From the NCBI RefSeq assembly GCF_964355755.1, contig NC_092670.1:38304388-38368387 (forward strand): a stretch of 64,000 nt of DNA, written 5' to 3'. Within the stretch, counting starts at the first letter, position 1. Each line of letters starts with the position of its first letter. Under the pieces are notes generated by a model that saw only the letters and a list, made by a program, of their open reading frames with translations, was not told where the DNA came from and ran no database searches. The DNA is from Antedon mediterranea (lineage: Eukaryota > Animalia > Echinodermata). This document shows positions 25,950 through 39,100 of the stretch, one piece after another. Position numbers and translations under genes: made by a program.

Positions 25950-27146
25950 TTACAGTGATGGTGAACTGATACAAACACTAAAAAGAAACATACTCCGCAC
26001 ATAAAATAATGAAACATGATTTAATAATCGCAATCTACTCTACATACATGGTTTCATTTTATAAGTATATTCTTAAAATTCTTATCTAAGCTTTGCAACA
26101 CAAACATTAAAATACTATGAAATTCAAGTCAATGAAATAAAGTCTATTTCTCGTTAAATTCATTAGTACAGTAGTTGATAAAAACCTAATAATAGCACTT
26201 TTGGAAACTTTTAAAGAACGAAATGTTAATACAACGAAAGAATACTTTAAACGATATTAAAAGAAAAGATTAATTCATGGTTTAGATTTCACGGAATAAA
26301 ACAGCCTCATCACATAACTGACCATGTGACAAATGACAATTTACAGTGAGAAGTGACAATGTACAGTCACTTGATCAACTCCCATTTTCGATTTTAATCA
26401 GAAACAGAAAAGAACATTGATAGAGTAAACATCTTTTACTGCAACATATTTATATATTAATTGTAATTACCAATATAAATATTTTGTCTACATTAAAAGA
26501 ACTTTAAAATAAAAAATGCTTAATTATCATAAATATAATTTAATTAATTTACAAGTTATTATTTTATAAATGATTATTTCTACAATTATATATGATTGAA
26601 TGTAAATTACAGTAAATTATATGGAAGGTTATTTGCATTATCATTGCTTGGAAAATAATCTCTAAAAATCACTAATTAATAATTTTTAAAAGTCGTTGCA
26701 TGATATATTAACTACAAAACAATAACAGTTAAAATATGTATGAAAAACATAACACAAATTTGATGACAATGATCATTAAAAAATATAATTTATTAATTAT
26801 AATTCATTGTTTATGGTATAAATATGATTAATAAGGTCAATTTATTATTACTACATCAATTATTTCTATTTACATTTTTTTTTAATTTATAAGACAAGGC
26901 AATACATTAAGGCAATAATAACATTACAATTCCATTTTCCTTTTAAAATAAAAAAAATTCTGAAAGAACATATTATATATTGTATACAATTTGAACTTTT
27001 AAGAAATGGTTCAGGATCATCTTTTACCTCTTTTGACTGGTAAACCAGAACTATGATAGACCGTTAATGAATTTTTCCACTGTTTTTCTAACTTTTCTTT
27101 TAAAATCTTCATAAAAACTTGGTTAAATCAAACTAAAATTGCTTGT

Positions 27147-30100
27147 TCAGAATATGTCCGGTGAATCTTTATAATCCCGAGCCCAGTATTTTCCATTGAA
27201 GATCCAATCTGGTTCCCCGGTAAGTGGATTTGTGTCTTGCTTGAACCATCGCGTATGCCATGTATCCTTAAGCTTTGTTCGTAATTTACGTGCCGCTCTC
27301 TGCTTTTCTTCAAGTCTGTGTTTTTCATCTGATGCAGAATCTGCAGAATTTGTTTGAAATTTCATTAAAAAATCGAATTTATTTCTACCCAAATTCAAAA
27401 AATTAAAGATTACATTCCGTAATGTTTTCAGTTATAAAATGACAAAATAACCAGTCAAATTCCATCAAAAACTCATTGACTGGCAGCCAATTTGACAATT
27501 TTTTACTTTAAATTAAAGTTTGTTAAGTAAATAATTTTTTTTTGGTCCCATTTTTGGTCAAAGTGAATCAATCAAACAAAATCAACATTTATTTCCAAAA
27601 TGGTGGCATCACCAAAAAAGCAAAGCTTGTGTCAGGGACGCAAAAACAAAACAATCAAAAGCAAACAAGACATATAAATAAATATTATGTGACATTAAAA
27701 TGGCATATTCAACAACAAAATTTGTAAAAATATTTTTTCAGGTGGACAATACATCTTTAACATTTACTTAGGTCACTTACCGATATCGCCATTTTCCAGA
27801 TGCCTGATGTCCGGTCTCAGTCGTCCATCTGTCGGACAAGCCGCTTTTTCTATTGCTGGCGTTAAATTGTTTAATTGTAATGCAAAGTTTGTAAAGGAAT
27901 AATACTGTGGACTGTTGTCGGGTCGTTTTGTCACCCGCCACATCAATGTTGCTGAGTTAAATTCTGGCCCTTCTGGGTTGATTCCAAAATCAAGGTTATC
28001 TATGCCACCTGGACCCTATTATTCAAATATATGCAAATAGAATGTTTATTTATATTAGCATAAATTTGTTTAATTGCATGTTCTGTGGAAAGAAATCTAT
28101 CATCTATGCCACCTGGACCCTATTATTCAAATATATGCAAATAGAACATTTATTTATTAGCATAAATTTGTTTAAATGCATGTTCTGTGGAAAGTAATCT
28201 ATTATCTAACGACAAATCAAATTAAGATCGAGTGAATGTTAGAGGTAAGAACAAAATATTTACATACCCTTTCGACTGTGGGACTACCAGGGTTACTTTT
28301 GCTATGGCGTCGCTTTCCTTTCTCCTCCCGTGCCGCTTTCTTCGCTTGTTCGTAACTATCGGCATCCATACTGTAGAAGTATTCTGTCCAATTTCCAAAC
28401 AAATAGCATAATTTCTTTTTTCTAAAAAAAAATAAATAAAATACAAGAATTACCATGAAATGATGATGGTAGTGGTACATGGTTTTATGCCACTGGACTC
28501 TACCATTATTATTAATGTGTTGAGTTACTCAATGGCAATGTTGCTTATCCAGGTAAGTTAAGCATGAAGTGGTAGATGGTTCTGATCCTGGGTTGATTCC
28601 AAAAATGTTATCTATGTCACTGGACTCTACCATTATTATTAATGTGTTGAGTTACTCAATGGCAATGTTGCTTATCCAGGTAAGTTAAGCATGAAGTGGT
28701 AGATGGTTCTGATCCTGGGTTGATTCCAAAAATGTTATCTATGTCACTCGACTCTACCATTATTATTGGTTTATTGAGTTACTCAATGGCAATGTTGTTT
28801 ATCCAGGTAAGTTAGGAATGAAATATAAATAATTTCACTGAAATGAATTACAATTTAAATTTATCATACTTTTTATCTATAATGTATCCTTCCACTCTGT
28901 GAAGGTCTTTACCAAACCATCCCGCTGGCTTGAAATGTAAGAAACATCTGTCCCCTGTTTTGTGGTTGACAATTTCCATATGTCCATATTGTTCTATCCA
29001 TACTTTGCCTACAATTAGGTTGTGAACAGCACTGCTAATACTGTGCCACGTATAACTCTCTCCATACCTGTAACGATTGATAGTATTTATTGTCATTTAC
29101 AAGGTAAAAATGAAATTCGAATTGAACATGCGATTAAGACATATGAATACAATATATAAAGCGTCTTAACCATTCTAAAGGGAGAGCCCAGTCGGCCCGG
29201 GCCCCCTAAATTTCGCAGATTGTGATGCAAATGATAGGACATCAAGCTCAACCTTTTATTTTTAGGCCCTAGCCACAACACAAAATCTGTAAAGTGGTCT
29301 TACAAACTTACTATTAAATACATGAATTGAAAAATTGTTGGCAACGTTTAGTTTTTTGATTTATAGTGATCAGTCTACCAGTTTGACTAAGCTTAAAGAA
29401 TTAATTTAGAGGATGTTTAGGATCCTGACAATTTGAGTTTGGGGGGGGGGGGGGGGTGTTTGAAGGAAGATTTTGTGTTAATAACTTATATTGAAAATAT
29501 TGTATACCCTTTAAAAACAGATAAATGGCTGTACTAATCCTAACCTATCGCCAATAATGTTAATCATCTCCATTTATCTATTTGGCAATGAGATGGGAGA
29601 TTTTCAGGTCACAAGATGGATTGCACAATGACTCTGTAACCCCCACCAAGTCATAAGACCATTGCTCTTTTAGTAATGAATATGCAAATTAGCAAGTTAT
29701 TTACTTAATCCACCAGAATATCAGTACAAACTGGTACAGCACCTCATTGGCTAATGCAATGTAATTGTGGAAATTAGAGGGTGAATTACAGTACATACCT
29801 CTGATAATATTATCTTAATCAGACAACAGTTCAGTTTAAGCAAACAAGGAAAAGCTGATAAGATAGGTAGATCTATCATATGTAAATTTTTTGAGTAACT
29901 TAGAGATCCTTACCCAGAAAATTAAGCAAACTTGTACAACTTGATAATAAAACTTACTTAGGTAAATCTATCGTAAGTACACCTTTTGGAGTAACTTCCA
30001 GACTCTTGCCCCAGAACTTTAGTTTTGGGTTTACTGAACCATGAAATTCAAAATTGGTCGCTGATGCGTGAAATGCACTGACTGGCGGGTGATGGCTTAC

Positions 30101-33100
30101 TTGCTCTGATAACTGGCGTAAACCATATTCTTCCCTAAATGAGATAAAAAAACCGGATAAAAATAAACATTTTTACACTTACTTTAAAATAAACACAACT
30201 ACATTTTTTGTTTACATTTGTAATATTAGTATATGTAGTTTTACTGTTTCTTCTTATATGTATTTTGATGTTCAATTTGTTTTTATTTTGTATAGCTGTA
30301 ATTTTTAAAAGTAATTTTAACCAATTTTATACATATTTTGTAAATTGAAACCCAATTCAGCATCTTTGCTGCCTTTTTTGTTTTATGAATAAATACCAAT
30401 GAATTAATGTTCCTAAACATTCACCTAAATATTCAACAAAACCAAGAACATAATACTTAATGTTTTACCATAAAATAAGAAATTTCCATCATGCCACTAA
30501 GTGAATTTTATTTTAGTTCATCATTAACCTTATTCAAACCGAATATGATATGAATACGGTAACCTAATTGTTAGACTGATTTCTTTGTTGATCTTAAATC
30601 AACCAGATAAAAAATGGAACACTCCCAGTACGGATGCAATCTGTGGACTTTACACAAAAGAGACAACATACCAAATAAAACAATTTACAAAGAAATTATG
30701 ATTCAAATATAATATGGTAAAACCCCTAAGAAGACACATTAGAGACCAAATAAATTTCCAAATTATACAACTATAAAGCAATGTCTACGCACTCAAACTA
30801 GTTTGTCAAAAAATGTGTGATGTGCCCAAATATTGTAGTGACATGCTTAAAGGGTCTTTCACACCTGTTCCGGTACGGTTCCGGTCCGGCGACGGCAAAT
30901 CCAATCGAACGTCAATGTTTTGTTTTTACGCGGCTACGCGCATATCAATTGGTGCTTGGCCGCGTGGAGCGTTGTGAAAACAAAACATTGGCGTTCGATT
31001 TGCCGGACCGGAACCGTGCCTGAACAGGTGTGAAAGGCCCTTAATGGTAGTGATATGACATCATCATGTCCATATGATAGTGTAGACAGAGCTTTAGGTA
31101 TGTTAAAAACTTACCAAGTGAGTTCAAAGGTTTCTCCTAGTAGGGGGTTAAAGGGTTTGCTAACACGTTCAATGTTTGATGCGCCAGATGATACAATAAA
31201 TGTTGCAATATACTGAAATATAAAATTACATGGTAATGTCATTACAAACAATTATTGAAGAGAAAAAAGAAGCTTGTCCTTCAACATTGGGTTAAGGCAT
31301 TCTTAAGTCTTGTCTACACGATCGAACTATATTTGACAAAACAATGTGATGTGCCCATATACAGTATGGACAGGATGATATCACTACCATATTTGGGCAC
31401 ATCACCATTTTTTGTCACACACACTTTGATAGTGTAGACAGGGCTTAAGGCATTCTTTTTTTAAATAACCTGTATTGTTTAATCAAGTTTAAATTGTATA
31501 AAATTTGAATACCTTATTCTCTTGAATTAAAAAATACTTGTTTAGGAGAAGTTATTTCACAGAATTTACGATTGTTTTATATTTCTTTTTATGTATTATG
31601 TATATTTGTCTTGTAGGAGCCCTTATGAGACAGGCTTTTGCTTCTAGTGCAGGCCCCAGTTATTATTAGTGTTATAACTGAATAAATGTTTATGAATGAA
31701 TGAATAATAATTTAATTGTAACTTTTAAAATGATATTTTACAGCCAAAACACTACCTAAGCCTCTAAAATAAGATTATCAGCCTGAGTAGTAGTAGTAGT
31801 ATTAGTACAACCTAAGACTCTAAAGTTAAATTATCAGCCTGAGTAGTAGTAGTACTACCTAAGCCTCCAAATAAGAGCCTGTACAATACCTTCATTCTGT
31901 CTACAGCATTGTCGCACTCCCCAGCTTTGTGTAATAAACCCGCATATTCAACATATTCACTAAAACGTTGTAGAAAGCTAAGGGGTTCATTGAAGACAAC
32001 CGGCATTGTCATCTTAGACAGTTCTTTACCGATGCATTGCTTTAGCACTGTCCATAAACTGAACTGATCTCTCTTGATCATTGGACATGGTAAAATGGTC
32101 CTAAAAAGAAGAAAATCATCCAGATTAGGAAATAAAAGTATCTGGTAGTATTATTATATTTTAAGCTCTGTCTACACTATCCATCTAGTTTGATAGTGTA
32201 GTGTAATATGCTCAAATATGGTGATGATATGCCCAAACATGGTAGTGATATGACATCATCATGTGCATATGTAGGTACAATCCTAAAACATGTGCAATTT
32301 ATAGTAGTTAAAATGGTCTGTGGCTCAGTACCTTTATTTTTCTGAAACTATTAGCGTTATTATCTAAACTTGTCAAAAATTGGATTTCAAAGTTTAAAAC
32401 TAACAATTCTGTCTACCTATTAAACTAGTTTCACAAAAAAGTGTGATGTGCCCAAATATGGTAGTGATATGACATCATCATGTCCATATTTATGGCCACA
32501 TCACATTTTTTGCTACATAAAACTTGATAGTGTAGACAGAGCTTTAATATACAGTACTCTACCTATTTGGTTCTGTTGGTATGGTTGTAATAGTTTGATT
32601 CACATTTCTATCTTGTTGTGATTCTATCGCTTTCGTTGTTTCCGAGATTGTCAACTGGTTAAAAGTGCCAGGCATTCCTTCCATTAAGTCAGACATACTA
32701 TGAAAACTGTCCGTGTCACTAGAGCTTAGATCTGCTGCGTCGCAAAAAACATCGTCTGAACCTTCGAAGAACAATGGCGAACTTGATGAAAACCGCTTTG
32801 CGAGTTTTTCTTCAAGTGAGTGGTGTTCTTTTGCTAACACGTGCAGAGCATCCTCAAGCACGCGTGATTTCTCGGTTTCTTGTTCAAGTTGTAATTTTCG
32901 TAGCTAAAAAAATAAAAAAATATATATTGGTTTTTTGGTGTTTTCCCGAATGATCGCATAATCAAAACGGTACTGGGTATAATCAACTAACGTTCATGTT
33001 CCCAACTAATCATCTATTTATAGAAGTACTGATGAAGAAGTCAATCTGTGGCGACAATAGAATGGACCCGAGAACCGACTTTCTTCGGCTTTTAAATACA

Positions 33101-36100
33101 GTAATAGAAAGTTTTGAATAGTTTGTTAGGATACAAGACAATAGGCTATTGTTGGTTTATGTAATATACTGTAGGCTTAAAATTGACCATGATAGTAAGC
33201 AATACTTTTCATTATGTATAAAACTATATCCAAATAGTCAGTTTAAGTTAGTATTTTATTTATTTATTTCAACAATATTTTACAAGGGTGGTCCAGGGTA
33301 TACCTTCCTGGTCCATCATTAGGGACCCTCACAAATATACAATATGACGGGACAAACATGCAACATTTCAATTAATTAAAATAAATGGAATTTATAAAGA
33401 TAAACAAAATAAAATGAAGCACAAAATAATTTAGAATAATAAGGGAAATAAACAAACAAAAAACAACAAAACAACAAAAAAAACAAAAAGTGTTAAGAAA
33501 CTTAAGCCTACTGTTTGCTATTGTGTCAAGAGCCAGTAAAATTGACCACAATACCCTTGGACTGGAAGACCAACAAATTAACTACAAAGCTAATACTGTA
33601 CATGTACCACTAATTATATATAACCTTTTGGATTCCAATGACAAAGCTGTTGTATATAATTAAAACATGGAGGGACTAATTCTTTCATAAGTAAAATATA
33701 CAGATTAAATAATTATAATCCATCCTGTTGCAATGGTAATAGTAAAAGTAAAATACTTTATAATATATACAAGTTAATTTACAGAAAATGTACAAATGTT
33801 GTTATACTTTCATTGCTTTATGAGAATATTAATAATTAATTTACAATTATAAACTAATTTAATGAGATGATTATTAAATTACTTCTTATCACAATTTAAA
33901 CGACAATTACATTCAGCATAGAAACGAAAAACAATTTGATATAATAACTGAAAAAATAAAATATATTATTGTGAAAAAAATTAAACATCGCTTCATATCA
34001 AGCTGTAGGATTAGCATTGCTTAGCTTAAAATTAGCCTCATTTGAGGCTTATGGGGTTGAGTAGAAACAATTCTGACACTAGATCAGGTTGACCCCTGAC
34101 CCAGGGAGTTGTTACCCTGCCTCCTGAACAACCAAGCTACAGTACTACTCCACACTTTCCAATACACCATTAAAACAAGTACTATTGTTGTATTTTAATA
34201 AATTACCAAAGATAGACTATAGATGGATTGACATTCAAAGTCAATGTGAAATAAAGTAAATACATTGTGTAGGTAAGAAATATACACACACACTCACACC
34301 TTAAATATTATGAACAGGTACTCTACTGTATATAATACACAAACAACCAAACCAATATGACCAAACAAACCAACTGAAGTGTAAACCGACTATGTAACAT
34401 AAGGATCACTGAAGCGGCCTATTATTCATTCATTTTTTTGAGTACGGTAAATATTGTTGATTTTTCAGAAATTTAAATATAGAATTTCATAGTGCTTGTA
34501 ATACAGTAACTGTAGGCTATACAATTTTATAATAATGTCATACAGTATGCTTTAATGGTTATCTGCTTCAATTATGTACTGTACACTTTTATTATGGTCG
34601 ATTTTTTGACCAATATTATGTAACAATGATATTAAATGATGATTAATGTAAGCCGGACTGCTATTGTACACCATTATTTTTTATTTTTTTTAACTGGTGG
34701 TCACGACTTAAAGTTGTCCGCAACTTATTTTGACCTCCATCCGCACATTTTTGATGTTTTTCTTGTTTATTGTAATTTTCTTTTTGCAATTTGTAATTTT
34801 TATCTTTTATTTTAAAATGTGTGGAGAAACTAATAAAACAAACAAACAAAACAAATGGTTCAGTTAAAAGCACTCTTAAGTCTTGTCTGCACTATCAAAC
34901 TTTATGTGAAAAAAATAATTTAATGTGCCTATATATGGACATCAGATGATGTCATATCACTACCATATTTGGGCTCATCACACTTTTTTTTGTCAAACTA
35001 GTTTGATAGTGTAGACAGAGCTTAAGTCTAATGAAACACAAAAACATAATGGTTTTAAAATAACAAAGAATTCCCAATTGGAATAAATGAAATATTATGC
35101 TGATGTACATATATTTTAAGAGTCATTATGTCATCATGAAACGGGATAATATTATGGTACGTTTCTGGCAGTATGCAAATATTGATGACTAAAATATAAG
35201 TGTATGTTGATCAGATAAGACCTTCCCTTTTTTAAAAGACTACGTTTAATTTTCATTTGAAACTTTTCACATGAAAAAATAAAATTTTTTTAAATAAATT
35301 ACTGTATAGGAACACAGAAATGACATTGTTTTTAAAAATTTTATTTTATTTCAACCACATCCAACAGCGAAAAATTTCCAATTATAGGATGCCGTAAAAA
35401 TATTTAGACATAAATATACATAAAAACACAGAAAAATACAAAAATGGCAAAATTAAATAGATTTAAGAACTTTAGATCTAAAAATTGACAAACTGTCAAA
35501 AAATATCGATAGTCTTATCTTTTATAGAAATTGAATTGTTATGATCTGGTTTTGTTCATTAGACCATAGCAATTATTTAAGCCACTACATTGAAAAACAA
35601 AAATCTACGAACAGTGATAATAAATAAAAATGTAAAATAGAAGGAGGGGGAAACTAGTGTATTTGATTACCTTCACTTCTCATGGAAAATTAATTACTTA
35701 CAATACTAATATTGCTGGTATTTGGTTATGAAAAGTAAATTCAGTTAAGTTTTACATAATATCATTAAACACAATAGGTTACCAGCATCAAATGACACAA
35801 ACATCTCTATGGCAACAGCGGCGGTCATTGCTCAATCTACTAGTATTTCAATAATCAAAATGTTTAAACTAGGTTGTGAAAAGAAAAGGAAATTTTCAGG
35901 AAATCAAATTTGTACATCATAGTTTAAAATGCCGCACCATTCAAACTTTTTTTTGTTTTTTTTTTGTTTGATACTGTACTTTATAGGGATCTCCCCTTTA
36001 GTAGTCTAGTGATTTTTTATTCAGAATTTACTGAAAACTTGCAACTTTTTCCAAGCAATACAGTAAAATCTATTAAACTAAAAAATATTTTTAAATAAAT

Positions 36101-39100
36101 TTTTCCCAAAACAAGGTTTATCCTCTCAAATTTATGGGTCCATTAAAGTACTGTCTAAACTATCAAACTTTATATGACAAAAAAATGTGATGTGCTCATG
36201 GAAATGATGATGTCATATCACTACCATATTTGGGCATATCACTACCATATATGAGCACATCACACTTTTTTTGAATGTCAAACTAGTTAAAATAGTGTAC
36301 ACAGAGCTTTAGGCACTAATATTGTAATGTAAATGATATACAAACAGTAAACTAATTAGTTTTATGTCCCAAAAGGCAAAGCATACCAACAAGATGGCTG
36401 ATATTTGAAGCATTATTCATTGTAAATAATTTGGATTGTATGCTTATGACAAATTTGCGTTACAGTAATTTACTTTGGAGTTGCTACATTGATTTTAAAT
36501 GCAATCCATCGTACAAAGTATGTTTACAGTCTGACAAAGGTCACAAAGGTCATACCGTGTATGCATTATTGAAAACTTGACTCAACAATATGTACGTGTT
36601 GTATAAAACATTATTACAGTTAATAAAAGAAAGAAATACTATATGAAAAGACATGAAAACAATCCCACAAAACAATTATATGTTGATGCTTATTTGTACG
36701 GTTTCTATAGTACAGCAAAATACAATAGGGGTGTCCCCTCAATAGGGGGTTCGACTGTATAAGTTCCTATGCTACTAAATTATTGTACAATGTGTATCTT
36801 ATTTATACTAACTACAATAAATCTTTGTCTACACTATCAAACTAGTTTGACAAACAGTATGCTCAAATATGGTAGTGATATGCTTAAATATGGTGATGAT
36901 ATGACATCATCATGTCCATATATGGGCACATCACATGTTCTTGTCACATAAAGTTTGATAGTGTAGACAGGGCTTAATATTTGTTATTCCTAAGCTTGCT
37001 GTACACTAAAAATAAATAATTAAAATGGCAATTTATGATATTTAAATTGATATTAAAACGCATCACAAATCGTTGAATTCAACTCATTTATTATTTATTT
37101 ATTTATTTTATTTATTTATTTCATGTCAACCACATCCAACAGTGAAAAATCACAAATATCAAACATGTGGCAAAATTGAATAGATTTAAGAACTTTAGAT
37201 CTAAAAATTGACCAAAAAAACACACATCACACAAATAAAACACAAGTACTTGATTCCCACTAAGCCATTTAACCTTCATATTTAACTGTTTTTAAATGAA
37301 TAAAATATTGTCATCAACACTTTACTTTTATCAGTGGATTAGTTCAGGATGTTTTAAAAGGTTCAATTTAAACTCTTCTAATTTCTAAATTTTTCTAGGT
37401 ATACAAATAATAAAAAACAATTTCAATAAGGCTAACATAAAAAGATTATGGATTTACTATCTCAAAGACTAAACACTAGGCCACAATTTGGCCCGAAAGT
37501 AACAAAACATGGCTTATTATCAAGGGCTACAGAACGATGTACACCTACCCGACAGATCAAGGTAGAATAATCGAAACAAATTTTTCTAGGATAAACATAA
37601 TAAAAACAATTTCACAAAGGCTGAAACAAAAATTATGGATTTACTATCTCATTCAAGAGACTGGACACTAGACCACAATTTGACCACAATTTTGCCGGAA
37701 AGTTACAATAATCAAGGGCTACAGAACAAATTACACCTACCCGACAGATTGATGCACAGTAGAATAATCCAAATATCGAAACAGTACAGCCTAGCCAAAA
37801 GTGATAAACTGTATCTACAGTAGTTTATTATACCGATTACAATGTGTTAATACTGGGAGTAGATTCTGCGGACTTTGACCTCTCTTCAGGCCAACTCCCA
37901 TCGAAAGATAAAAGTGTCAAGTCGTTTGCAAAATTTACTTCATTGGTATTATATGATTCAATTGATAATCATTAATAAACAATTGAACACTTTAGTACGT
38001 GATAAAATGCAAGAAAATATATTCAGTACCGGTACTAATTTTGTAAATCTGAAAATAGTCAAATGCCATTTTCACTACTAGAGTTCTGTTCTAGTGTGCT
38101 CTCATTTGGGGGCTTCCAGGTGCTGGAGAACATCTGTGAAAATAGTCTTCAGTATCAATTATTTTTCAGTTATTTTTAGGATATTTATTTATTTTTATGT
38201 GAAGCGCATAGAGGCTTTATGCATTAAGCACTTAAAAGTCAAAATGTATTATTGGTACTGTATTATTGGTATCTTAATATTTGAATTCGGTTATTTTTAT
38301 AATATTTCATGGACCGTTTTTTGCCTAAAGCGCTTTTAAACACATTTGTATCAAGAATTAAGAACTATTACCATCATTAAAACCATTTTCCCCCCACTTT
38401 TTTAGCCTTTTAAATTTTTATTTGAGTGCACATAAATTCATCAATTATGTAACTAAATAATATTGCTATCAAGTTTTAATTGACATAATTAACGATTTAT
38501 TACAAAAATCTTTAGAAAAAGATTATGTTCAGATCCATGGAGTTATACTTTCGAATCGCAAGCAATGTCATATTATAATTAGCGTCATAACAGCAAAGTG
38601 TTCAGATTTTCTTAACTAGTGCTTTCGTTTGAAATGAATGTGTCAACAATTTGGGCGAACATCTTGTATGCAGGAGTAAATTTGATTGGTTAGAGGACAA
38701 AATTGGTCATGCTTTCGTATTGTAAGCATCGTTCACTAATCATTGATTTTAGGACTAAACATAAATTTAATTTTCAACCAATCACTATCAAAGGTAAAGA
38801 AATTGAAATTGTTGACCAGTACAAGTATCTAGGAATTGTTTTCAATGATAAACTGAGTTGGGGAGACCATATAGACTTCATCAGCAAAAAATTAAATCCC
38901 AGAATGTATTGTATAAGAACTTTATATAAATTTAACTCCTGTGATTTGATGTTACTTTCGTTCTATAGATCCGTTATATGTAGTGTTTGGACATGCCTCT
39001 CCTGTTGGGCTGGTAATGTTACCGGAGGGAATAAAGGACGCCTTGAAACTTTCATCCGTCGAGCTGGTAAAATGATTGGTCTGGAACTGCCTTCCTTTAC

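Noticed and set aside
33030-33092. CTGATGA followed by a stem, hammerhead-like (CTGATGA also at about 44822 and 46137)
   Set aside because: No GAAA core after stem II and no closing helices.
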